DNA of 40,000 nucleotides from Citrobacter arsenatis. GTDB taxonomy: Bacteria > Pseudomonadota > Gammaproteobacteria > Enterobacterales > Enterobacteriaceae. Below, one piece after another: positions 1 through 7,600 of the stretch (its first letter is position 1; each line of letters begins with the position of its first letter). The position numbers and the translations under genes were made by a program. The stretch covers positions 2,987,625 through 3,027,624 of the forward strand of contig NZ_CP037864.1 in the NCBI RefSeq assembly GCF_004353845.1, in the 5' to 3' direction. The notes under the pieces were generated by a model. It did no database searches. It worked only from the letters and a program-made list of their open reading frames with translations, and had not been told where the DNA came from.

Positions 1-108
1 CATTGCCCACGCCGGAGGCGCTGGAGGCTTCGGTTGTGGCTGGCACTGGACACTTTCCTTTGACGAGCACCCGACCACCATTATCAAGCTTGCGCTGAAG
101 AGCATCAT
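1..108 (-). CDS. Rz1: Rz1-like o-spanin lipoprotein, embedded in the +1 frame of Rz (partial, runs off the window)
   Basis: ATG at 108 (second ATG at 105). Translation [36 protein letters not shown] has a VVGC lipobox followed by a Pro-rich tail, the same pattern as lambda Rz1 as I recall it. Confidence 0.75.
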   Translation of the reverse strand, partial: MMLFSASLIMVVGCSSKESVQCQPQPKPPAPPAWAM

Positions 109-343
109 TTTCAGCTTTAGCATCTGCCAACTCCTTCGTGTATTTGGCATCCAGAGCAGCAACATCACGTTGCCGGGTTGTCATGTCGGTGATGGTGGCG
201 TGAGCCAGATTCAGCGCCTGTGTTTTCTCATCGCGCTGCTTCTTGTATTCGGTGGCGTTATCGCGGTAGTGATTAACAGACCAGGCAAGCGACACGATGA
301 TGCAGACGACTATGGCAATGATGATTGCGGTTAACTTGCTCAT
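1..343 (-). CDS. Rz: Rz-like i-spanin (partial, C-terminus beyond the window)
   Basis: ATG at 343 overlaps the endolysin stop (ATGA). Translation [29 protein letters not shown]...[26 protein letters not shown] shows an N-terminal TM segment plus coiled coil and is very similar to lambda Rz from memory. Confidence 0.85.
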   Translation of the reverse strand, partial: MSKLTAIIIAIVVCIIVSLAWSVNHYRDNATEYKKQRDEKTQALNLAHATITDMTTRQRDVAALDAKYTKELADAKAENDALQRKLDNGGRVLVKGKCPVPATTEASSASGVGN

Positions 344-834
344 TTCTGACTCCAGGTGCAAACCTCATACTCAACGTCTCGCCGGTTCATCAGGCCTTTC
401 CACTTCTTTCCACCTGCATATACCCATTGCTTTAGCTCAGAGCATGCTCCGTCGTAATCTTTAGCGTTGAGTTTCTTCAGCAGAGTGGAGTTGATGGTTG
501 CGGTAGCGCCGACGTTGTAAGCAAAGCTGTATATTGCTGCTCGCTGAGTTTCGGTGGTATGCACTTTGATATGCGGATCAACCTGAGCGGCGATGCGCGT
601 CATATCTTTTCGTGTCAACGCATCACATTCTTTGTCTGAGTAATATTTACCCCAGACAATATCACTTCCTGTGTGTCCATCGCAGACGGTTACAATCCCC
701 ACTACATCTTTGTAAGGGTAATGTTCTCGACCTTCCAGCCCCGTCTTTCCAGATACCATCACAGTGGCGATGCTAACAGCACCTGTCCCTAGTGCTGCGA
801 TAATGCTATTTCTGAGCGCCGGTGACATTCCCAT
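340..834 (-). CDS. R: SAR-type endolysin (T4-lysozyme/GH24 family, phage 21 R-like)
   Basis: 164 aa. It has an N-terminal Gly/Ala-rich weakly hydrophobic segment ([26 protein letters not shown]), then the [17 protein letters not shown] catalytic region. GAGGA lies 8 nt upstream of the ATG at 834. Confidence 0.9.
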   Translation of the reverse strand: MGMSPALRNSIIAALGTGAVSIATVMVSGKTGLEGREHYPYKDVVGIVTVCDGHTGSDIVWGKYYSDKECDALTRKDMTRIAAQVDPHIKVHTTETQRAAIYSFAYNVGATATINSTLLKKLNAKDYDGACSELKQWVYAGGKKWKGLMNRRDVEYEVCTWSQK

Positions 835-1009
835 TCAATCTGTCCTCGCGCTCTTTGCGCTTGTAGTACCAGTTGATTCCGAATGTGCCGACAGTACAAA
901 GAATACCCACGATTAGAGCCCAGTCATTTAGGGAGAGAACTCCGCTCATTGCAGTAAGCCCTCCAACCCAGTAACTGAACCATTCTCTGATTTTGTCCAT
1001 ACGGTACAT
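806..1009 (-). CDS. S: Class II holin, pinholin-like (S21-like), with a dual-start motif
   Basis: 67 aa with two hydrophobic helices. The N-terminus MYRMDKI (Met1/Met4 with Arg between) parallels S21 MKSMDKI. The gene overlaps the endolysin start. Confidence 0.8.
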   Translation of the reverse strand: MYRMDKIREWFSYWVGGLTAMSGVLSLNDWALIVGILCTVGTFGINWYYKRKEREDRLNGNVTGAQK

Positions 1010-1015
1010 ACTCTA

Positions 1016-1032
1016 CCCCCAAGAGGATGGGG
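1016..1032 (-). promoter_or_regulatory. Stem-loop just upstream of the holin start (sdi-like candidate)
   Basis: In the minus sense, CCCCA-tcctct-TGGGG ends 7 nt before the first holin ATG and overlaps the G-rich Shine-Dalgarno region. Confidence 0.3.
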
Positions 1033-1178
1033 ATCTGTTCAAATTAGGAATAGGGATGATGGTCGATTGAACAAATCCAGGATACGTTCTCAGTAACGTG
1101 GTTTGTTCGTGACTAAAGGCATGAGCAAATCAGGCAGGAGGCTGTTAGCGCAGTCTCTTGCCGCCCATCTTCACGAAG

Positions 1179-1206
1179 CCCAGCCATGTGCTGGGTTTTC
1201 TTTTTT
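1179..1206 (+). terminator. Intrinsic-terminator-like hairpin oriented antisense to the late operon
   Basis: Plus strand reads CCCAGC-catgt-GCTGGG followed by ttttctttttt. On the minus strand the hairpin has no U-tract. Confidence 0.45.
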
Positions 1207-1246
1207 GAAGCGCACTAGCCACCACCTGGTGAATCTGCCTAAATGC

Positions 1247-1274
1247 AAAAAGCCCCGAGCTATTAACTCAGGGC
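1247..1274 (-). terminator. tR'-like intrinsic terminator of the late leader
   Basis: In the minus sense, GCCCTGAG-ttaatag-CTCGGGGC is followed by TTTTT. The stem is perfect (one G-U pair) only in the minus-strand RNA; the plus strand has a C-A mismatch. Confidence 0.6.
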
Positions 1275-1449
1275 TTCGATGTTCACTCTCGCAACCAGTA
1301 CTGCGTAGACTCTTGCAAACCTCTCAGCTTGCGATGGTTGGAGTACCAGACGATGCGTCGAAGATACCAACTAGGCGGTTCAGTGGTGAGAGCCGCCTCT
1401 TTTGCCTCACCACCTCGCTCTTTCGCCTTCGACGTCCGAGCATACAGTA

Positions 1450-1477
1450 ATTATGCATCTTCAAAACTTGTTTTCAA
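1450..1477 (-). promoter_or_regulatory. Candidate late promoter PR'
   Basis: In the minus sense, TTGAAA-16 nt-CATAAT overlaps the Q stop codon. The predicted start near 1443 is about 195 nt upstream of the tR'-like terminator, comparable to the lambda 6S RNA. Confidence 0.45.
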
Positions 1478-2134
1478 GTCTTTTTTGCAATTTTCTTTAT
1501 TTTCGATACCAAGTTCTGCAATTAACGTGAAGAAGACAGCAGAATTGAACAACTCGATGCACCAACGAACGCGATCGATGCACTGCTTTTCAGTCAAAAA
1601 AGGTGCGTGGTGATACTGCATCCAACGGGCCATGTCGTTAATGGTCTTACGCCATGTGTAATAGTCCTTCCCGATTTCGTAGACGATGCTGTTTTTTGAG
1701 ATGGATTTGAGGATGATCCGTTCCATGAATTCGGCCTCCTCCTCATCTGCAGCTTTACCCATCAACTCAGACAGTGATTTCTTAGGCCAGATAATTGCTT
1801 TTGCTTGGGCTATAAGTTGGTCACCTGAGTATCCCATCTTTCGGAGTCCTGCCAACACGGTGGCGATCCTCTCCTGTTGCTCTCCAGTCCATCCGGTCAG
1901 AATCATCGACCACATCCCTGCGCCGTCAGTAAGATGTTCAGTTCCGCTTCCACCAAACTCACGACCCCACATGCCGAGCAGTGAACGAACCCAGCGACTT
2001 TGCGATGGAGTTAGGCGACGATATTTCCCGAGATATGAACGGCGCGGTACAGAAGCCAACTTCATCCATGAGCATTCAGGGTCGGCACGCAGTACCGATG
2101 CTTTCTGATAATTTTCGATATCGGTGCGGGTCAT
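1451..2134 (-). CDS. Q: Putative late-gene antiterminator Q
   Basis: 227 aa. It is the last gene before the late promoter/terminator and lysis cassette and is translationally coupled (ATGA) to the nin block. The family call rests on position and general resemblance only. Confidence 0.55.
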   Translation of the reverse strand: MTRTDIENYQKASVLRADPECSWMKLASVPRRSYLGKYRRLTPSQSRWVRSLLGMWGREFGGSGTEHLTDGAGMWSMILTGWTGEQQERIATVLAGLRKMGYSGDQLIAQAKAIIWPKKSLSELMGKAADEEEAEFMERIILKSISKNSIVYEIGKDYYTWRKTINDMARWMQYHHAPFLTEKQCIDRVRWCIELFNSAVFFTLIAELGIENKENCKKDLKTSFEDA

Positions 2135-2592
2135 GCTGCCCCCCCCATGCGCAAGGTGATGTTCTGCTGATACCAGTCAGGCGCAGTGAACTCAATGCGC
2201 CCTAACACGCCAGTAATTCGCAATTGCTTGAGTCGCACTAACTCCTGCTTGTAGTGCTGATACAGTTCTTCCTTCTGCCACGGCTTAATCTTCATCGGGT
2301 GCAGCGCGGCGCGGGATACCTGCTCAATGGTCATCACGCCATATTCGTATTCAGCGTGACGAGCGAACTGGATCGGCTCTTCACCTAATCGCCGATGACA
2401 ACCTACGCAATGGGCCAGTGCGTTCAGCGGATGCCAGCGTGTAGCTGTGTGGCGGCGTCCGTTGATATGTGAGCAATGGAGTGATGCTCGGTTGTTGCTG
2501 AAATCACGACCACAACTTTCACAGCACCAGTTAGCGCGTTCGCGAACCAGCTCAGAAAAAATGGTGTCGTATTTGTCTCTTTTGAGTGCCAT
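2131..2592 (-). CDS. nin-region Cys/His-rich putative HNH-type nuclease (NinG/Ref-like position)
   Basis: 153 aa with CCESCG...LHCSH...H...AHCVGCH motifs. It sits between the NinB-like gene and Q. Confidence 0.4.
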   Translation of the reverse strand: MALKRDKYDTIFSELVRERANWCCESCGRDFSNNRASLHCSHINGRRHTATRWHPLNALAHCVGCHRRLGEEPIQFARHAEYEYGVMTIEQVSRAALHPMKIKPWQKEELYQHYKQELVRLKQLRITGVLGRIEFTAPDWYQQNITLRMGGAA

Positions 2593-2601
2593 ATGCTTTC
2601 C

Positions 2602-3057
2602 TTACTGGTCTTGTTGTTCGCGGAGTTGCTGAAATTCGCAGTTACTTGGGATAGTTAGCGCCAGGCCAAACTGAGCGCACCACGCCTCGACTTTGCACAG
2701 GAAGATGTGCATCTCTCCGGTATCGAGTTGAGACGTGTGGCGAGGTTCCCAGGTGGTTTCTTTGGCACCAGTGATGAAATCGGTGTAGGTTACTTCCTCG
2801 CAGCCGAGGTATGTCTTTTTTAGGTTGCGCTTGACCCATTCAGGGGTAGCGTCAGTGCGGCCGGATTTAATCAGGTATTCGCTGATTTCTCCCAGCCACA
2901 AATGAAGAAGTGAATTCTGTGACAGACTACGCTTCTCTCTCCATGGTTTTAACTGGAGGCGATAGCATTTACCGTCATTGAGATATGGCTGCAGGTGCTG
3001 ACCGATAGCGGAGAAGTTGCCAGCATGCAGCTTGATACCCTGCTCTGGGATATTCAT
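2602..3057 (-). CDS. ninB: NinB/Orf-family recombination protein (YbcN-like)
   Basis: I place the start at the ATG at 3057 (MNIPEQG), preceded by GGAGGTGG. The motif RSLSQNSLLHLWLGEISEYL resembles lambda NinB RSLDQNRKLWACLGDVSRQV. Confidence 0.6.
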   Translation of the reverse strand: MNIPEQGIKLHAGNFSAIGQHLQPYLNDGKCYRLQLKPWREKRSLSQNSLLHLWLGEISEYLIKSGRTDATPEWVKRNLKKTYLGCEEVTYTDFITGAKETTWEPRHTSQLDTGEMHIFLCKVEAWCAQFGLALTIPSNCEFQQLREQQDQ

Positions 3058-3349
3058 ACGCCACCTCCGATAGGTAACGCAGAATGCAGAAAATCGCAGG
3101 TGCATTTCTGCATCTGTGACAGGTGGTTTGAAGTACTCTTTGTGTTTCGCATCTAATTTCCCAATCAGATGCAGAGGTCACAGCCGGGTGCTCAATCCGA
3201 CTGCGACATAATTATAACACTAATTTTGAGAGTGGGTAATGTTGCTTGACGTTGCGTTAGCTATTACCAAATTGTTCCCGTCTCTCCGGTCATTAATCTG
3301 GCAACAACTATAATAACTAGAGTGATGATTACGACTTTAACCGGCGGCA

Positions 3350-3535
3350 TCACTTAATCCCCATACTTTCAGTAAAAAATAACCTCCATAAATCAACTGG
3401 CCTTCTATCACCATTTATCTCGCGATAGAATTCATCTTGCTTACGCCGCCACTCTTCATGGAGGTCAGGTTGTCTATCTGTGCGCATCTCTTTGCATTTC
3501 TCGTTCAACCATTTTTCTTGCTGCTCAGTGGTCAT
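3350..3535 (-). CDS. Hypothetical small protein (61 aa)
   Basis: ATG at 3535 is preceded by GGAGGTGAAGTG. The ORF-track start at 3538 is the GTG one codon upstream. Confidence 0.6.
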   Translation of the reverse strand: MTTEQQEKWLNEKCKEMRTDRQPDLHEEWRRKQDEFYREINGDRRPVDLWRLFFTESMGIK

Positions 3536-3568
3536 CACTTCACCTCCAGTTTTGGTGACGCTGACACT

Positions 3569-3757
3569 TTATCCATCGACTTCTCCTCTCATGAGAAGTT
3601 GGCGGAATGAATTTGCTAATTCTGTTTTTCTTTCAGCCATTTCTGGGCAAAGCATACTTTCAAGATACCTTGCCTCCCATTCAAACAAGGTCACTACTTC
3701 TAGCGGGATTTCTTTATTGAAATGATAATTAGACATATCAAGATATTCTGCTGTCAT
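3569..3757 (-). CDS. Hypothetical small protein (62 aa)
   Basis: ATG at 3757 overlaps the upstream stop (TGATG) and has the same GGAGGTGAAGTG initiation region as the next gene. Confidence 0.6.
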   Translation of the reverse strand: MTAEYLDMSNYHFNKEIPLEVVTLFEWEARYLESMLCPEMAERKTELANSFRQLLMRGEVDG

Positions 3758-4530
3758 CACTTCACCTCCTGCTGTGGTGCTGCTGGGTACGCGCTACCTT
3801 CATGACCTGGCTCATTGCTTCCGGTGCATGTATTCCTGTGGTCATTGGCGTGTGGGCAGCGCTTATTTCCGCATTCAGGACAGACAGCGAAGCGACTATC
3901 AGTGAAAGTTATAGGTCTACATGTGCGACATGAGCAACCCGGAGCTACCGGAGAGTTGCCAGCCTGAGCAGTAGGTGTATTCACATGGTTATTCCATGAG
4001 CCGATTTCATCATCAGATTTACCATGTTCACTGCCCAGCATGGCTTTAAACCCTGCAATCCATGAGTCATGCTCTGTTCGCTGTTCCGACGTCATAGCTT
4101 CCAGTTCAGCGTAATAGTCAGCACGGCGGCGTAATGCATCCAGCAGGAGTTGAGTACGTACGCCTTTTCCGAATTTAAGACCCGGCTCCAGGTGTACAGG
4201 GCATGGCAAGGTATCAGGAAATTCATGCGCTGGCTGGGAGGTGTAGAGCGGAATTACTGCATCTCCCATTGGCTGAGACAGGCACTTAAGGTGAAGCTCA
4301 CCCATCTTGGCATAAGCCAGAGTTTCCTCAGCGGCATAAAGCACAGGCTCAACTCCAAAAGCCTCTATCGCCCCATCAATCACCTTTACAGCATCAGCCA
4401 TTGCGTAGCCGAGATTACCGCCGTCGCTTTGTGCTGAGGCTTTGCTGAGTATTTCGCGTATCTGGAGCAGGCGATCGAGTGATACAGGACCGTGCGCTGG
4501 GTGGTTAGTTGTCATTGAGCCTTTATTCAT
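3757..4530 (-). CDS. Hypothetical protein with a C-terminal Cys-rich zinc-ribbon-like motif
   Basis: The open frame runs to 4566. The likely start is the ATG at 4530 (overlapping the upstream stop) or at 4515. The C-terminus reads CSCRTCRP...CPECGNKRCPHANDHRNTC. Confidence 0.6.
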   Translation of the reverse strand: MNKGSMTTNHPAHGPVSLDRLLQIREILSKASAQSDGGNLGYAMADAVKVIDGAIEAFGVEPVLYAAEETLAYAKMGELHLKCLSQPMGDAVIPLYTSQPAHEFPDTLPCPVHLEPGLKFGKGVRTQLLLDALRRRADYYAELEAMTSEQRTEHDSWIAGFKAMLGSEHGKSDDEIGSWNNHVNTPTAQAGNSPVAPGCSCRTCRPITFTDSRFAVCPECGNKRCPHANDHRNTCTGSNEPGHEGSAYPAAPQQEVK

Positions 4531-4714
4531 TACTGTTGTCCTCGCAGCAATAGTGCCGTCCTTCATGTTCTGTGCTTATATGTCCACAGATGTCACATTC
4601 AATTTCAGGCCCCTTGCATTCATGATCTTCAGGTTCGTCTGCCTTGTAAAAACCACCGCAGATGCCGCACATAGCTTCAGGGACATCGTCATAATTCGCT
4701 GTTCCGGTAATCAC
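4523..4714 (-). CDS. Small acidic Cys-rich protein (63 aa)
   Basis: Motifs CGICGG...HEC...CDICGH...HYCC. The gene is coupled by overlaps to both neighbours. Confidence 0.55.
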   Translation of the reverse strand: MITGTANYDDVPEAMCGICGGFYKADEPEDHECKGPEIECDICGHISTEHEGRHYCCEDNSNE

Positions 4715-5244
4715 GATTGCACCTCACAACATTTACCCTCACGCAGCTCCTCGGCAAACTCACGGGCTTCAGTTGCCGAAATACTGCAATGACGAGAAAA
4801 CTCATAATCCCCGTCTTGCTCCTGCTCTACTGCAATATGGCTCTGCTGGAGCGCAAACATCTCCACACCCTGCGCCCGCACTTCAGCCAGGAAAGCGTCG
4901 CAAGCAGGTATCTGCAACACAGCCAGTGAGCGAATCATCTTCTGCACTTCTGGCGGACATTGTTCGTAATGGTCATCGGTGATGAATACCGCCTCGTTGT
5001 GAATTTTGTCCACAGCGCTTAATTCCGCCGCCAGCTCCCTGCACTTGCTCTCGGCGTTAGCAAGCTGTACTGCAAGGTCTGTGAGTCTTTGCTCTGCTGC
5101 ACCTTCTGCTGCCAGAAATGCTTTGTATGCCAGGTGAATACCAAATTTTGCATAGCAATTCCGGCGCTCATCCCATTCGAAATCGCTACCGTGGAACCAC
5201 TGCTCATCCGTCATCCAAGCTTCAAATTTTTCTCTACTAGTCAT
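4711..5244 (-). CDS. Hypothetical phage protein (177 aa, Ead/Ea22-like flavour)
   Basis: GAGGG lies 7 nt upstream of the ATG at 5244. It has a coiled-coil middle and a common lambdoid accessory-gene composition. Confidence 0.65.
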   Translation of the reverse strand: MTSREKFEAWMTDEQWFHGSDFEWDERRNCYAKFGIHLAYKAFLAAEGAAEQRLTDLAVQLANAESKCRELAAELSAVDKIHNEAVFITDDHYEQCPPEVQKMIRSLAVLQIPACDAFLAEVRAQGVEMFALQQSHIAVEQEQDGDYEFSRHCSISATEAREFAEELREGKCCEVQS

Positions 5245-5258
5245 TATCCTACCCTCAT

Positions 5259-5281
5259 AAAAAAGGCCCGCGATGCGAGCC
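5259..5281 (-). terminator. Intrinsic terminator after ORF 5284-5643
   Basis: In the minus sense, GGCTCGC-atc-GCGGGCC (7 bp including one G-U pair) is followed by TTTTTT. Confidence 0.6.
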
Positions 5282-5283
5282 TG

Positions 5284-5643
5284 TTAATCGATGTTTTTTG
5301 CTATTAATTCGCCATACCACCAACCATCACCATTTTTCTCTAAGCGAATAAATGCCTTTTTCTCTCCGGAAGGGATGATCATTTCGCCGAATTTTTTGGA
5401 TAATGAGAACGTGCCACCACTTGTGCCGGACATTTTTGCCCCTCTCTCGTTATTGGTTGGCATCAATCTGATTTTTCTAGAATCCTCATCAAGTTCTACG
5501 TAAATGAATCGTTGCTTATCCCTAATATCGACTCCTACGTAACACTGAACAGAGCCAGACTGTGAGTATTTAATTGAGATTCCGGCCTCATCGCGTTTTC
5601 GGCCTCTTCCACCGGTCACCACTGATACAAAAGCCATTACCAT
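5284..5643 (-). CDS. Hypothetical protein (119 aa), AT-rich moron-like cassette
   Basis: GGAGGAA Shine-Dalgarno before the ATG at 5643, its own terminator downstream, and a composition visibly AT-richer than its neighbours. Confidence 0.65.
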   Translation of the reverse strand: MVMAFVSVVTGGRGRKRDEAGISIKYSQSGSVQCYVGVDIRDKQRFIYVELDEDSRKIRLMPTNNERGAKMSGTSGGTFSLSKKFGEMIIPSGEKKAFIRLEKNGDGWWYGELIAKNID

Positions 5644-5713
5644 TTCCTCCGAGCATAAAAAAGGCCGACTATCACGCCCACGCTTGCAGATAGCTCTGCT
5701 ATGTAAGGTTCAG

Positions 5714-5932
5714 TCATGCTCGATTTCCTCTGCCAGTAAACCAATCGAGTGCTTTTACAATGAGTGGGTTTTCCCACCATTCATCAATCCAACGACGCTC
5801 ATTTTTGTCTCGATAAAACTCTGGTCCGCAGTAGTCATGCCATGACATGAAAACGCAGGTTCCGTCTTCAAGGCGCAAACGGTAGGTTGGATACGTGCAG
5901 ATAATTCCGTTAGGTATTCGAATGCATGTCAT
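5714..5932 (-). CDS. Hypothetical small phage protein (72 aa)
   Basis: ATGA coupling to the upstream ORF. Trp/Cys-rich sequence. Confidence 0.6.
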   Translation of the reverse strand: MTCIRIPNGIICTYPTYRLRLEDGTCVFMSWHDYCGPEFYRDKNERRWIDEWWENPLIVKALDWFTGRGNRA

Positions 5933-6243
5933 GCTCGCTTCACTCCGAATGTCTTAACCAGTGCCGACTCCATGCGACCTACACAGGCGCGGATACGGGC
6001 TATCTCTGTCTCTGGAAACATGCTGGATGCCATCTGCTCCAGTGCGCCTTTAAGTGGCTTGCTCTCAACCTTCTCGATACGTGCCAGAGCAAAGGCCTTG
6101 AGTGACTGCTTGATGCTTCTACCGTCTAAGCGAGCACATGCCCGGCATAGTTCAGCGTGGAGGATGGTTTCAGGAAATTCCGGATAATGCTTTTCGATTA
6201 CCTCGCGAGTATTCAATCCTTCGTCATTAGCACTCATAGTCAT
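5929..6243 (-). CDS. Hypothetical phage protein (104 aa)
   Basis: The start (6243 or 6237) overlaps the helicase stop. Same strand and operon as the replication genes. Confidence 0.6.
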   Translation of the reverse strand: MTMSANDEGLNTREVIEKHYPEFPETILHAELCRACARLDGRSIKQSLKAFALARIEKVESKPLKGALEQMASSMFPETEIARIRACVGRMESALVKTFGVKRA

Positions 6244-7600
6244 TGTCGATTTCCTGTTGTTCGTTATGCGTAAACGCCACCGGATCCAGACCGGAATAGC
6301 GACTGCTGAAGTGATAGGTTTTTTCGGCGCCGGGAGCGTGGCGAGATTTGACGCAGATAATTTCCGTGATTCCTTTCAGTTCGGTGTTCTGGTTGTATTT
6401 CTCATCCCGGTACACCATGAAAATTACGTCTGCCTCCTGCTCAATTACGCCGGATTCTCGTAGGTCTGCCGCAACCGGACGCTTGTTAGCTCTCTGCTCA
6501 AGATTTCGGTTGAGCTGCGCCAAAGCGATTACCGGGCATCGCAACTCTTTAGCCAGGTTCTTTAGGCCGGTAGCTATCTCGCCAACGCTGCGGTTCATGT
6601 TCTCCGGATCTGACATGCGCATCTTCTGGAGGTAATCGACGATAACCACACCGAGACCACCAAGTTTCTTGTGCATGCGACGTGCCTCTGCGCGTACCTG
6701 ATGGACGCTGAGAGAGCTTTTGTCGTTGATGTAAATTGGTGAGTCGATAAAGTCTTTCATGCAGTGACCAACCTTCCCCCATGCGCCATCCATCACGCCG
6801 CTCTGCTTGCTGAGCAAATCCTCTTTGCTCACTCGGGCCCGGTGAAAAGCGACACGCTCGGATATCTGATCTACTGGCATTTCCAGACTGAAGAACAGGA
6901 CCGGCTTTTTGTTTTTCAGACCTACAGTCTCGGTTACTGTGGTGCTGAACATGGTTTTACCCATTCCAGGACGCCCACCTACCACGATGAAATCCGTGTT
7001 GTTGAACCCGCCGAACGCATTGTCGATGGTTGCCATTCCAAGCTCTGTTTTGTGCTTCCAGATATCACCGCTGATGATCGACTGGATGGTCTCCAGGGAC
7101 ATGTCAATTCCGGTGGTGATGTGCTCTGTTCCGCTTTCGTCATGGCATTCAATCCCTGATACGTCGGCCTGAATGGCGCCGATGATGTCGCTCAGTGAGT
7201 CAGATGTTGGCTCTGATAGTTTCTGTAGGCTGGCCTGGAGGATTAACGCCATCCGGCGCCCGGTAGCTAATTCACGAAGCTTCTCGCAGTAGGCCGACAG
7301 ATTGGCGTATGACGGCGTGTCTTTGCTGCATTCAGCCAGGTAGGCAAATCCTCCGGCTTCTGCCAGATTACCAGTGCGCTCAAGCTCATCGGTAAGCGTC
7401 AGCAGGTCAATTGGTGTTCCTGCTTCGTTAAGTCTCTTGTAGGCGCCAAGAATCAGCTTGTGAGGTCTTACGGTGAAATGTTCCTCACCCATTCCCTCGA
7501 TGGCATCTGTAGCTGCGTCAGCACCTTCCGGCTTGCTGGCTGCCAGCATGATTCCACCGATGACTGACTTCTCTGCGTAGAGATCTATAAAACGGCTCAT
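6227..7600 (-). CDS. Replicative DNA helicase, DnaB family (P22 gp12-type)
   Basis: 457 aa. N-terminal AEKSVIGGIML, Walker A GGRPGMGKT, and DnaB C-terminal motifs. The start overlaps the O-like gene stop. Confidence 0.9.
   Translation of the reverse strand: MSRFIDLYAEKSVIGGIMLAASKPEGADAATDAIEGMGEEHFTVRPHKLILGAYKRLNEAGTPIDLLTLTDELERTGNLAEAGGFAYLAECSKDTPSYANLSAYCEKLRELATGRRMALILQASLQKLSEPTSDSLSDIIGAIQADVSGIECHDESGTEHITTGIDMSLETIQSIISGDIWKHKTELGMATIDNAFGGFNNTDFIVVGGRPGMGKTMFSTTVTETVGLKNKKPVLFFSLEMPVDQISERVAFHRARVSKEDLLSKQSGVMDGAWGKVGHCMKDFIDSPIYINDKSSLSVHQVRAEARRMHKKLGGLGVVIVDYLQKMRMSDPENMNRSVGEIATGLKNLAKELRCPVIALAQLNRNLEQRANKRPVAADLRESGVIEQEADVIFMVYRDEKYNQNTELKGITEIICVKSRHAPGAEKTYHFSSRYSGLDPVAFTHNEQQEIDNDYEC

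Noticed and set aside
1370-1440. tRNA-like string GGTTCAGTGGTGAGAGC (D-arm flavour); lambdoid phages often carry tRNAs between Q and S
   Set aside because: I could find no T-arm (GTTCGAATC-type), no acceptor-stem pairing and no anticodon arm on either strand.
1103-1613. Plus-strand ORFs of 115 and 94 aa in the Q-holin spacer
   Set aside because: They read through two terminator hairpins and the Q 3' end, have no Shine-Dalgarno, and have an Arg/Ser/Leu-rich composition typical of an antisense or noncoding frame.
3239-3313. 24-codon hydrophobic-looking ORF as a type I toxin
   Set aside because: The peptide contains Asp, Lys, Pro and Arg within the putative helix, and there is no clear promoter or overlapping antisense RNA. 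I kept it only as a note inside the nin-gap finding.
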